A program made the translations under genes and the position numbers. From Candidatus Aenigmatarchaeota archaeon (GTDB lineage Archaea > Aenigmatarchaeota > Aenigmatarchaeia > CG10238-14): a DNA stretch of 17,819 bases. The stretch is from contig JAWBZR010000015.1 in assembly GCA_044343545.1 (NCBI GenBank), forward strand, positions 1 to 17,819. Direction: 5' to 3'. Every line of letters starts with the position of its first letter. Position 1 is the first letter of the stretch. This document shows positions 8,251 to 16,653 of this stretch, piece after piece. Below the pieces are notes generated by a model. It did no database searches, had not been told where the DNA came from, and was given only the letters and a program-made list of their open reading frames with translations.

Positions 8251-9293
8251 TTGCTTTCACCCTTTAAGAAATTTTCAAACACTTTCAAATATTCATTATA
8301 TTTTTTCAATTCTTCTGGTTTCACCCACATATAATCTGTGTTTTCCCAATTGAGCTTAACTTTATGTGTTTTGGCTTCAAGCAATACAGGTATTATTTTC
8401 CAAGAAATACCAAGAAGCTTATCCTCATATACTATCGTCTTTCCTTTCTTTATTATCTTTGTATCCAAACCAGTTTCTTCTTTCACTTCTATAACAGCTC
8501 TTTTTTCAGCTTCTTCTCCATCTTCTATTCTTCCATGAACAACAGCCCATTCTTGAGGATAAACCGCAACCTTATCCGATCTCTTTAAAATCAAAACCTT
8601 TTCGCCAAACTTTACTATGGCAGCAACGCTCTTGCGTGATAACATGAATTCTCCATTTTTCAAGTATTTTGGTAGCTCGCTTATGTCCTTTATGACATAG
8701 ATCACGTTATTTTTCAAAAATTCTTCAAGCATGGTAACTCCAGATAAAACACCAACGAAATGCACGTTAGCTTCTCTAGCTGCTCTCAAGTCAAGCAAGC
8801 TATCGCCAACATACAAGGTTTCTTTAGGTTTGACTCCAAGTTTTTTCACGGCAAATAAAATTGGTTGCGGGTCGGGTTTGTGTCTTTCAGTATCTTCTCC
8901 ATGAACTCTAACATCAAGCAAGCTGAAATCAAATTTCAATCTTTTAAGAATTTCGTCTGCATATTTTCTATTGCTTCCAGAAACAATACCCAACTTGAAA
9001 CCTTCCTCTTTAAGCTTTCTTAGAGTTTTATTGGCATTTCCCAACAATTTCACTTGCTTATAAACTTTTTTCATGTATTCGTTAACTGTCTTTTTAAATA
9101 GCTCCACATCTGCTTCTGGTATGAGAGTCGCTATTACATCATCCCATCTCATACCTATAAGTCTATATATTTCTTCCTTTTTGCAAGTAGGATAACCTAA
9201 TTTTTTTGCAGCAAGATTGTGACATTTCCATATAGCATCAGGACTATCTATCAATACGCCATCCATGTCAAACAAGATTGCCTTTATTTTCAT
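8232..9293 (-). CDS. HAD-family phosphatase (PGPase/PpaX-like) fused to a C-terminal Nudix hydrolase
   Basis: HAD motifs FDMDGVLIDS, IVSG, KPDPQP and YVGDSLLD; Nudix box G-RIEDG-E-EAEKRAV-IEVKEETGL. Start moved to ATG 9293, which overlaps the pheS TGA as ATGA, in place of GTG 9302. Confidence 0.9.
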   Translation of the reverse strand: MKIKAILFDMDGVLIDSPDAIWKCHNLAAKKLGYPTCKKEEIYRLIGMRWDDVIATLIPEADVELFKKTVNEYMKKVYKQVKLLGNANKTLRKLKEEGFKLGIVSGSNRKYADEILKRLKFDFSLLDVRVHGEDTERHKPDPQPILFAVKKLGVKPKETLYVGDSLLDLRAAREANVHFVGVLSGVTMLEEFLKNNVIYVIKDISELPKYLKNGEFMLSRKSVAAIVKFGEKVLILKRSDKVAVYPQEWAVVHGRIEDGEEAEKRAVIEVKEETGLDTKIIKKGKTIVYEDKLLGISWKIIPVLLEAKTHKVKLNWENTDYMWVKPEELKKYNEYLKVFENFLKGESKCQQLK

Positions 9294-10807
9294 TTTAGCC
9301 ACACTTTTGCTTCTCTTAATTGCTTCAAATCATTCCAATACAATTCTCTTATATCTTTAATGTCATAATTCATCATGACTATTCTATCAAAACCTGGCCC
9401 CCAAGCTAATACAGGTATATCTCTTCCCAACAAAGGTTTTACTACTTCAGGTCTAAATATGCCTGCACCACCTAGTTCAAGCCACGTATTATGCTCAGGG
9501 TGCCATACTTCTATTTCTGTAGATAGCTCAGTATAAGGGAAATAGGCAGGTCTAAATCTTGCTTTGGGAAATCCGAGTTTTGAAAAGAATCTCTTCAAAT
9601 AAAAAAGAAAATGTTTAAAGTTAACGTTTTCATCGACAACTATACCTTCCGTCTGATAGAATTCTGCTAAATGTTTCCAATCAACTGTTTCGTTCCTAAA
9701 AACTCTTCCTACTGCAAAATATTTTGCCGGCAAAGCATTATTGTTTAAATCCTCTCTAAGTTTTGCAAGAGTTCTGGCAGACAAAATAGTGGTGTGAGTT
9801 CTTAATATACATCTTCTCGCGATTTCCTCTTCCCACTTGTATTGCCAGCCCGTCGAGTTACATGTCCAACCGTTTTCGTGCGTCGCTTTAACAGCCTTCA
9901 CTATATCATCTCTTGGCAATTCACCCTTTTCTGGAATTTTCATATAAAATGTATCTGCCAAATCTCTCGCTGGATGATCTTGAGGTTGAAATAAAGCGTC
10001 AAAATTCCAAAATGAGATATCCAATAAAGGACCTGTCATTTCTTTAAAACCCAATTCTATCCAAATCTTTCTAATATAGCCAATTATTTGCATCATAAAA
10101 TGTCTTTTAGCCGGATAAATTTTCGGTGTTGGTAATTTGACATCATATGCTCTAAGGACGGCAGACTTCCATTCTCCTTTTTTGATAACTTCTGGGCTTA
10201 ATTGAGAAATTTCTTTTGCGATTTTTATTTTCTCAGCAATTTTTCTACCATTTTCAGTTAAGAAAACATCTCTTTTCACGTCGCTCTTGATTTTCACTAG
10301 ACCTCTTTTCACAAGCACATCCAAAACATTTCTATCATATTCTTTAGGATCCTTTTTACCTTTAGAAATGTTAATGAGAGTGACTTCTTCTTTCGTCTTT
10401 CTAAACAATGCTTCCTTGCCTTTTGGTGTTATCTTCACTTTTCCTTCTAATATGCTGATCCAATCATTTTTTTTGGCCCATGCTATGCCGATGGAAAAGT
10501 AGCTAACTTTATTCTTTAATTCTTCTATGGAACTTGTTCCCTTTTCAATTTGTTGAAGTAGACGCTTTTCGGGTAAGCCAACATTTGCATATTCTTCTCC
10601 TTCCAAAGTAAGCTCCAAATATTCTTTTACTTCTTCTTTCGTGTCAACATATCCTTTTATTTTTGCCCATAAAACAGCCTTTTCAACCGCATCCTTGCTA
10701 AGATTTAATTCCTTTGCCAGCTTTTCTGTAGAAACAATTTTGTTTTTTTGCAAGAATTTTATAATTTTCTTTTCGTGTTCATGTAATTGCAGAACTTTTT
10801 CTTCCAT
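9290..10807 (-). CDS. pheS: Phenylalanyl-tRNA synthetase alpha subunit (archaeal long type with N-terminal extension)
   Basis: LTLEG..Y...GLPE, FWNFDALFQPQDHPARD, LRTHTT, FRNE (motif 2), PAYFPYTE, GAGIFRPE, GPGFDR (motif 3). Confidence 0.97.
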   Translation of the reverse strand: MEEKVLQLHEHEKKIIKFLQKNKIVSTEKLAKELNLSKDAVEKAVLWAKIKGYVDTKEEVKEYLELTLEGEEYANVGLPEKRLLQQIEKGTSSIEELKNKVSYFSIGIAWAKKNDWISILEGKVKITPKGKEALFRKTKEEVTLINISKGKKDPKEYDRNVLDVLVKRGLVKIKSDVKRDVFLTENGRKIAEKIKIAKEISQLSPEVIKKGEWKSAVLRAYDVKLPTPKIYPAKRHFMMQIIGYIRKIWIELGFKEMTGPLLDISFWNFDALFQPQDHPARDLADTFYMKIPEKGELPRDDIVKAVKATHENGWTCNSTGWQYKWEEEIARRCILRTHTTILSARTLAKLREDLNNNALPAKYFAVGRVFRNETVDWKHLAEFYQTEGIVVDENVNFKHFLFYLKRFFSKLGFPKARFRPAYFPYTELSTEIEVWHPEHNTWLELGGAGIFRPEVVKPLLGRDIPVLAWGPGFDRIVMMNYDIKDIRELYWNDLKQLREAKVWLK

Positions 10808-10869
10808 CTTCGATACCTTATTTTTAATTAAATTTAAACCTAATAAATTTTATACGCAATAAAAATTTT

Positions 10870-11110
10870 ATGAACATCAAAGGTTACGTCACTTTATATT
10901 GTAACAGATAATTACGAGAGAGGTAGAAGAGTATTATTCAGATTAAATGTAACAGATGATGGTTTAAATCAAAAAATGTATGATAACAGAAGAAAAATGG
11001 TTTCATTAGAATTAGAAAATATTTCATATCCCGAGGAAGAAAATGCAAGAAGAAGATTCACCGTCATGTACGATGCTAAACTCGTGAAAATAATTAATCC
11101 CGACACATAA
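10870..11110 (+). pseudogene. Small hypothetical gene, apparently frameshifted near its 5' end
   Basis: ATG 10870 reads MNIKGYVTLYCNR-stop, while the adjacent frame is open from 10874 to TAA 11110 (78 sense codons). Its first in-frame ATG, at 10976, would give only 44 aa. Confidence 0.4.
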
Positions 11111-12218
11111 ATTTTTCTATGACATTTTTCGCCTTTTCCCTTTTTTGTTGATGTTCTTTTAGAAAGGCATTCAATTTATCTATGAGCATTTGTTTTAGTT
11201 CGCCTGTAAGCAACGCCCCACTCTTGTAATCTTCATATATCTTTTTTAACTTTTTATCATCCTCTTCGAAAAATATGAGCCATTGGTATGAGACGTCTAT
11301 ATCTGGGTTACCTCCTTTCTTTCTATGTTCTTCTATAGTTGGCTGACCACCAGAAAACGCATGTTTCATTATCTTCTCTTTTACAATTTCTGGACGGTCT
11401 GTAGTAAATATCGCTGTATGCTCTAATGATGAAGACATCTTTCCTTCCTCCTGCATACCTTGTAGGCCAGGCAAGAACCTGCATAAAATGGTTGAAGGTT
11501 TTGGAAACCCTAATTTATCTGCAACATCTCGTGTAAGCCTAAAGTGAACGTCTTGATCTATGGCGCAAGGAATTAGGCACATGGTAGGCTTGCCTTCGAA
11601 AATTGATGGGAGAAATGCTGGAACGGATTGCATAGATGTGTAGAAAAATTCACCTATGTTATTCGAATCATTAAATCCAAAAGTGGCTTTGGCTGTGGAT
11701 ACAGTAATCTTCTTTGCTACCATACATGCATATTTGTAAAGGGTTTTAGCATATTCAGTATTCAAAAATATTTTTGTTCTTTTTGGATCGAAACCTAAAG
11801 CTATTATATCTAATATATTCTCATAAGCCCATTTTCTCGTTTCTTCAAGCGTGAGATTGTCTTTAAATAAAAATTTTTCTTCGTCAGGTATTTGAAAGAG
11901 CAATGTTACTTTAAATTTGTCTTGCAGCCATTTCGTAAATATCCAAGGTATAAGGTGACCTAAATGCACTGGCCCGGAAGGAGCTCTACCAGTGTAAAGA
12001 TAAAAGGTTTCGCCGCTTTCTATAGTATCTAGTATTTTGTCAAAATACATGTGGGCGAAAAATATCTTTCTCGTCAAAAAATAATGGAGCTCACCTGTTT
12101 TCGCTTTTAATCTCTTCAAAATATCCTCGTCGATGATTTTGACTCCAAATTGCTTTACAAGCTTTTCATAATCGATTTTTCCCTTAACTTCCCATGGTGT
12201 TACCTTGAATTCAGGCAT
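11094..12218 (-). CDS. trpS: Tryptophanyl-tRNA synthetase (archaeal/eukaryal type)
   Basis: VTPWEV N-terminus, YTGRAPS, HLGH (HIGH), AIDQD, KMSSS (KMSKS), AFSGG. Start reassigned to ATG 12218 (MPEFKVTPW). Confidence 0.97.
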   Translation of the reverse strand: MPEFKVTPWEVKGKIDYEKLVKQFGVKIIDEDILKRLKAKTGELHYFLTRKIFFAHMYFDKILDTIESGETFYLYTGRAPSGPVHLGHLIPWIFTKWLQDKFKVTLLFQIPDEEKFLFKDNLTLEETRKWAYENILDIIALGFDPKRTKIFLNTEYAKTLYKYACMVAKKITVSTAKATFGFNDSNNIGEFFYTSMQSVPAFLPSIFEGKPTMCLIPCAIDQDVHFRLTRDVADKLGFPKPSTILCRFLPGLQGMQEEGKMSSSLEHTAIFTTDRPEIVKEKIMKHAFSGGQPTIEEHRKKGGNPDIDVSYQWLIFFEEDDKKLKKIYEDYKSGALLTGELKQMLIDKLNAFLKEHQQKREKAKNVIEKFMCRD

Positions 12219-12289
12219 AATATTCAATTCGTGTTTAAACCTATTAAAAATATTTAGAATTAAAAACACCGTCCACAATAAATTATCTT

Positions 12290-13681
12290 ATGGAAATCAA
12301 AGATTTGATAATATATCATATTTTCATAGACAGGTTTGCTGGTTTTGATGAAGAGAAGGACGATTCCAAGCCAGAAAGAATAGGAGGGAATTTGAGAGGC
12401 ATAATAAAAAAGCTGCCTTACTTAAAAAAACTAGGGATAAATTGCATATGGCTCTCACCTTTTTATAAATCAGCAAGCTATCATGGATATGACATAACAG
12501 ATTTTTTTAAAATAGATGAAAGTGTTGGAGATGAAAGAGATCTTGAAAATTTGTTAAAAAAAGCCAATAAAGCTGGTATTTATGTGATAGCAGATTTGGT
12601 TCCAAATCATTGCTCTGAGAATCATCCATTCTTTATAGATGCGAGAACAAATCCTAAAAGTAAATACAAGTCATGGTTTTATTTCAAGCATTGGCCTGAT
12701 GATTACCTCAGTTTCTTGCATTTTAAACACTTACCTAAGATGAACCTTGAGAACAAGGAAACGAGCAAATATATGCTCGATGTGGCTTCTTATTGGTTAA
12801 GTAAAGGTTTGAAAGGTTTTAGAATAGACCATGCTATCGGTTTACCAAAAGAATTTCTTTTAGAGTTACAAAAGTTGGCTAAAGCTAAAGATGCATTTCT
12901 TTTAGGCGAAGTATGGTTTTTCGGCATAAAACTTGAGCATGAAGAAACCATAAAAGGCGTTGATTTGAGAAAGATTTTCGAAAGTAAACACGCGAGTATG
13001 GAAGATGTGGCGATAAAAGAGTTGAATATCTTGGACTCGTTCTTGGATTTTACTTTCAATTCTCTCATAAAAGCTTATTTGAAAGGTGAAATGTGCTCGA
13101 AAGAATTTTATGAAAAACTTGAAAATCATTACAAGTTTTTGGAAAAAACTTTACCTACTTTTCTCGATAATCATGATATGAATAGGTTAATTTTCGAGCT
13201 AAATAATGATAAAAAACTTTTCAAAATAGCTTCAGTTTTGCAATTTATTATGAGTCAACCGCCTATAATCTATTATGGCGATGAAATAGGTTTAAGTCAA
13301 GCTTTAAAAATAGAAGAGCTTCCTGAGCATGGTGATGTGCAGGCAAGAAGAAGAATGGAATGGGAAGAGCAAGACACGGACTTGTTAATGCATTACCAAA
13401 AGTTGTGTGACCTGAGAAAGAAAATAGATGCAATGAAAATTGGCAGGATGAGAGCCTTTTATTGCGATTATTCCACGCGGTTGTTGGCTATTCTTAAAGA
13501 AGCAAGGGATAGAATATTAGCCATTTTTAATCCAGATAATACATTTGTTATTTTCAATTTGCATCTCGATGAATTGAATGCAAAATACCTCGTAGATTTG
13601 TTTGAGGACAAAAGGATAGATGAAAGACATGTAAGAATGAATTTGGAGCCGAAAAGCTTTAAACTGTTTCTCCTGAAATGA
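12290..13681 (+). CDS. GH13 alpha-amylase-family glycosidase (neopullulanase/cyclomaltodextrinase-like), probably cytoplasmic
   Basis: IYHIFIDRF, GGNLRG, YHGY, DLVPNH, GFRIDHA (nucleophile Asp), GEVW (acid/base Glu), FLDNHD, IYYGDEIG; no signal peptide visible. Confidence 0.93.
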   Translation: MEIKDLIIYHIFIDRFAGFDEEKDDSKPERIGGNLRGIIKKLPYLKKLGINCIWLSPFYKSASYHGYDITDFFKIDESVGDERDLENLLKKANKAGIYVIADLVPNHCSENHPFFIDARTNPKSKYKSWFYFKHWPDDYLSFLHFKHLPKMNLENKETSKYMLDVASYWLSKGLKGFRIDHAIGLPKEFLLELQKLAKAKDAFLLGEVWFFGIKLEHEETIKGVDLRKIFESKHASMEDVAIKELNILDSFLDFTFNSLIKAYLKGEMCSKEFYEKLENHYKFLEKTLPTFLDNHDMNRLIFELNNDKKLFKIASVLQFIMSQPPIIYYGDEIGLSQALKIEELPEHGDVQARRRMEWEEQDTDLLMHYQKLCDLRKKIDAMKIGRMRAFYCDYSTRLLAILKEARDRILAIFNPDNTFVIFNLHLDELNAKYLVDLFEDKRIDERHVRMNLEPKSFKLFLLK

Positions 13682-13717
13682 AAGATTTAATTTTATTTAA
13701 ACTCATAATAATTTTGA

Positions 13718-14461
13718 ATGAATGTAAAATCTATTGTTATGGGTTTTTTCAGGTTCATGTTTAGTTTTTTGTTTCTTCTTTCACTTTCATCTTTCATCGT
13801 TTTTTGGATACTTAGAGATTTCACATCAGAAGAAACATTAAAGCCGCTAATTTCCGATATTGTTTATGCGAGATTATCCAATTTCGATAAAGAGATGAAA
13901 TATGTTAACAATACCATAGAATATCAATGCAAGGATAAGGAAAGGTTTCAGTTAACTGTAGGGGATGTTCAATTAAGTATTTTGTGTGAAGAATTTCGTA
14001 AATCTAAAGATTTAAAGAGGTTTCTTTCAGAGCAAGTAGCGAATTCTTTTTATGAGTGTGAAAATGAATTTTGCCAGAAGAATTATGAAATTATGTTGAC
14101 AAGAAAAAGTCATTTGATGCTTTCAACTTTGACTTTTATAACTTTTTCTACCTCTTGTGTTTTTGGAGCAGCCACGTTTATATTTACAAAAGGCAAGGTT
14201 TCAAGGAAAATCAAAACCATAGCTATACTCATACTTTTTGCATGCCTCCCAGGTGTATTAACATACTTTTTGCTTGAGCCGATAAAGCAAAAATACATTT
14301 CCTCATCTTCAGAATATGACGTGGTAATTCAAAAGTTAGTTGAAATAGCCACAGCCAAATATACAACGGCATTTTTCACTTCCTTCGTTTTAATGGCTTT
14401 ATTTTTCGTTGTTTGGTTTTTTGAAAAAAGATCGGAAAATATGGGAGTTAAAAAGAAATAA
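13718..14461 (+). CDS. Hypothetical multi-pass membrane protein
   Basis: One N-terminal hydrophobic helix, a roughly 100-aa hydrophilic loop with four Cys, three more hydrophobic helices and a basic C-terminus. Confidence 0.8.
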   Translation: MNVKSIVMGFFRFMFSFLFLLSLSSFIVFWILRDFTSEETLKPLISDIVYARLSNFDKEMKYVNNTIEYQCKDKERFQLTVGDVQLSILCEEFRKSKDLKRFLSEQVANSFYECENEFCQKNYEIMLTRKSHLMLSTLTFITFSTSCVFGAATFIFTKGKVSRKIKTIAILILFACLPGVLTYFLLEPIKQKYISSSSEYDVVIQKLVEIATAKYTTAFFTSFVLMALFFVVWFFEKRSENMGVKKK

Positions 14462-14589
14462 TTTTTTGATTTTTATGAGTTCAAATAAACATTACTCTTT
14501 CGGAAGGAAATAATAAAAGTTTGGCAGAATTCTTTTTTGGTGGAAGCTTGAATCGGAGAATATTAACGAGGTTGTTGCTTTTTCTAATA

Positions 14590-14663
14590 GGCCCGGCCGG
14601 AGATTTGAACTCCGCCCAAGAGCTCCACAGGCTCCTACGCTACCAGGCTACGCCAACCGGGCC
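14590..14663 (-). tRNA. tRNA-His (GUG) with encoded G-1, no encoded CCA, no intron
   Basis: Cloverleaf folded by hand: G-1, acceptor GCCCGGT/GCCGGGC, discriminator C; anticodon arm GGAGC-CTGTGGA-GCTCT; T arm CGGAG-TTCAAAT-CTCCG. Confidence 0.97.
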
Positions 14664-14708
14664 ATATTTTCTCTTATTATTACCATACAAAAAACTTTAA
14701 TAAAAATT

Positions 14709-14879
14709 TTATTTCTTGATTAGTGTGAATAGAAGAATGGCAAAGAGAATTATGATACCACTTGCAAGGGGCATCCAATCAACCAAGTCGGGATAAATTA
14801 GCAAACCTAAACCAACGCCTATGAGAAATGAGGATAAAGCTATGAGAAGTATGTTTTTGTCAAATTTTATTTTTTTCAT
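14709..14879 (-). CDS. Small membrane protein, 56 aa, two predicted TM helices (not in ORF track)
   Basis: MKKIKFDKNILLIALSSFLIGVGLGLLIYPDLVDWMPLASGIIILFAILLFTLIKK: basic termini, two hydrophobic helices and a short acidic loop. Confidence 0.75.
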   Translation of the reverse strand: MKKIKFDKNILLIALSSFLIGVGLGLLIYPDLVDWMPLASGIIILFAILLFTLIKK

Positions 14880-15067
14880 CAAAATTAGTTAATTGAAGTT
14901 TTGAAATTTATTGTTTTTGATGGGTATTTTCAAATCTCAAAGAGTTTTAAAGTCATTGATCTCATAGATATTTTCTGTTGGTGTGTTGGTTTTCGTTTTT
15001 CATTAGCCTAATATTTGTTTTACGCAAAAATTAGGTATTATTATCTTTAAAAGACCAAAGAAAAATT

Positions 15068-15712
15068 ATGATGAAAAAAAAGGAGTTGGAGATTTTTTTA
15101 GAAAATTTTAAACCGTTAGAAAAACCGAAGGCAAGTTTCGAGCAGTACACTATACCAGCATACCTGGCCGCCGAAATATTACATACAGCTTTGTTAAATG
15201 GCGATTTGAAGGGTAAGGTTGTTGCAGATTTTGGTTGCGGTAGCGGTAGGTTGGCTTTAGGTGCCGCTATCTTAGGTGCAAGTAGCGTTGTGGCAATAGA
15301 TATAGATGAAGAAGCCATACAGCAAGCAAAGAAAAATTTAAAAATGGCCGAAGAGATGTTGGGTAAAAAACTGAGGATTGAATTCTTTTGTTCTGATGTA
15401 GCGAATTGGAGTAAAAAATGCGATACGGTTCTCCAAAATCCGCCTTTCGGTATAAGGAGCGAGCATTCCGATACACTCTTTTTGGAAAAAGCCATTTGTT
15501 GTGCGAATAGAATTTATTCGCTTCACAGAAACGGAAGAGAAACTACGAGAAAATTTCTCGTTAGATTCATTACAAGCAAAGGAGGAAAAATAGAGTGCAT
15601 AAAAAAGCTAAAATTCTTTTTACCTCACACCTTCAAGTTCCATAGAAAGCCAAAGCTTTATTATGACGTAGACCTTTACGTGATAACTTCTAATGCAGGG
15701 AGGGAGATTTGA
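15068..15712 (+). CDS. METTL5-family SAM-dependent N6-adenine-type RNA methyltransferase
   Basis: EQYTIP, DFGCGSG (motif I), IDID, QNPPFG (motif IV), YSLH and C-terminal FHRK. Confidence 0.9.
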   Translation: MMKKKELEIFLENFKPLEKPKASFEQYTIPAYLAAEILHTALLNGDLKGKVVADFGCGSGRLALGAAILGASSVVAIDIDEEAIQQAKKNLKMAEEMLGKKLRIEFFCSDVANWSKKCDTVLQNPPFGIRSEHSDTLFLEKAICCANRIYSLHRNGRETTRKFLVRFITSKGGKIECIKKLKFFLPHTFKFHRKPKLYYDVDLYVITSNAGREI

Positions 15713-15779
15713 ACTCCCGCACTCACTACGAGACCAGCCCCTCAAGCTGGCGCCATTGACCAGGCTAGGCGATCCCTGC
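15694..15779 (-). tRNA. tRNA-Leu (GAG), long variable arm, no encoded CCA, no intron
   Basis: Acceptor GCAGGGA/TCCCTGC plus discriminator A; anticodon arm CCAGC-TTGAGGG-GCTGG; variable hairpin CTCG-TAG-TGAG; T arm GGGAG-TTCAAAT-CTCCC. Confidence 0.97.
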
Positions 15780-15812
15780 TTAACGGCTATAAAATATTTT
15801 ATCTGTCAGAGT

Positions 15813-15828
15813 AAAAAATTTATATTAA
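15813..15828. promoter_or_regulatory. TATA element in the divergent tRNA-Leu/minD2 gap, possibly used in both directions
   Basis: A-tract followed by TTTATA (15819-15824), about 26-31 nt upstream of the minD2 ATG; reads TATAAA on the minus strand about 40 nt upstream of tRNA-Leu. Confidence 0.45.
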
Positions 15829-15849
15829 AGAAAAATAATAGGTAATATC

Positions 15850-16638
15850 ATGGCTCGTATAATTGGCATATTGTCAGGCAAGGGGGGAGTTGGTAAAACA
15901 ACAACAGCAATAAACATCGGCGCTGCTTTGGCACAAAAATATTCAAAAAGTGTGGTTATAGTTGATTGCAATGTGACAACACCTCATCTTGGTCTTTCTT
16001 TGGGAATTTTACACGACTCTTATAGCACGTTAAATGATGTGTTGAGAGGCAAGAAGGATTTGATGGAAGTTATTCACCCCTATTCGCTTGGTTTGAGCAT
16101 AGTGCCCGCATCCCTTTCATTAAACGATTTAAAAGGAATAAACTTGGACAAACTCGGAAGTGTGCTCAAAAAAACTCTCGAAGGGTTCGACATAGTTTTG
16201 CTAGATGCAGCTCCTGGTTTGGGAAGAGAAGCCTTGTCAGCTATGAAGGCAAGCGACGAATTGCTATTTGTTACAACACCATACACCATAGCAATTTCAG
16301 ACATATTGAGGACAAAAAAAGTTGCAAACGAGTTAGGAAAGGAAATAAAAGGAATAATAGTGAATATGAGGCACAACACATTTTACGAGTTGACTGCTAA
16401 AGAAATAGAAAATTTCACCCAAATACCCGTGATTGGAAATATAAACTATGATCTGGACATTTTGAAGAGTTTGACTGTTAAAGCACCTTTAACATTCTTC
16501 AATCGCAATTCAAAAACAGTGAAAGAATATGAGAGAATAGCAGGAACCTTGCTAGGCGAGGTAGAAGTTTCAAGCCCAGGATTTTTTGAAAGAATTATGA
16601 GCATTTTCAGAAAACCACCTACATTACCAACTATATAA
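15850..16638 (+). CDS. minD: MinD/ParA-family ATPase, archaeal MinD-like paralogue 2
   Basis: SGKGGVGKTT, VDCN, LLDAAPGLG, IIVN; C-terminal amphipathic helix GFFERIMSIF. Confidence 0.88.
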   Translation: MARIIGILSGKGGVGKTTTAINIGAALAQKYSKSVVIVDCNVTTPHLGLSLGILHDSYSTLNDVLRGKKDLMEVIHPYSLGLSIVPASLSLNDLKGINLDKLGSVLKKTLEGFDIVLLDAAPGLGREALSAMKASDELLFVTTPYTIAISDILRTKKVANELGKEIKGIIVNMRHNTFYELTAKEIENFTQIPVIGNINYDLDILKSLTVKAPLTFFNRNSKTVKEYERIAGTLLGEVEVSSPGFFERIMSIFRKPPTLPTI

Positions 16639-16653
16639 GAAAGGTTTTTACGA

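Noticed and set aside
12219..12278. 20-aa N-terminal extension of TrpRS in the ORF track
   Set aside because: It comes from an upstream alternative start in the AT-rich divergent promoter region; family similarity begins at MPEFKVTPWEV (ATG 12218).
14590..14663. Encoded G-1 in tRNA-His and absent CCA as anomalies
   Set aside because: Both are ordinary for archaeal tRNA genes.
14880..15067. Possible small gene or ncRNA between the microprotein and the methyltransferase
   Set aside because: Only very short ORFs and no GC-rich stem structure; consistent with a divergent promoter region.
14462..15779. tRNA-targeted integrated element (att sites)
   Set aside because: No integrase and no direct repeat of either tRNA 3' end was seen. 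The GAGTTCAAAT at 14477-14486 matches the T arm but is only 10 nt and in the opposite orientation.
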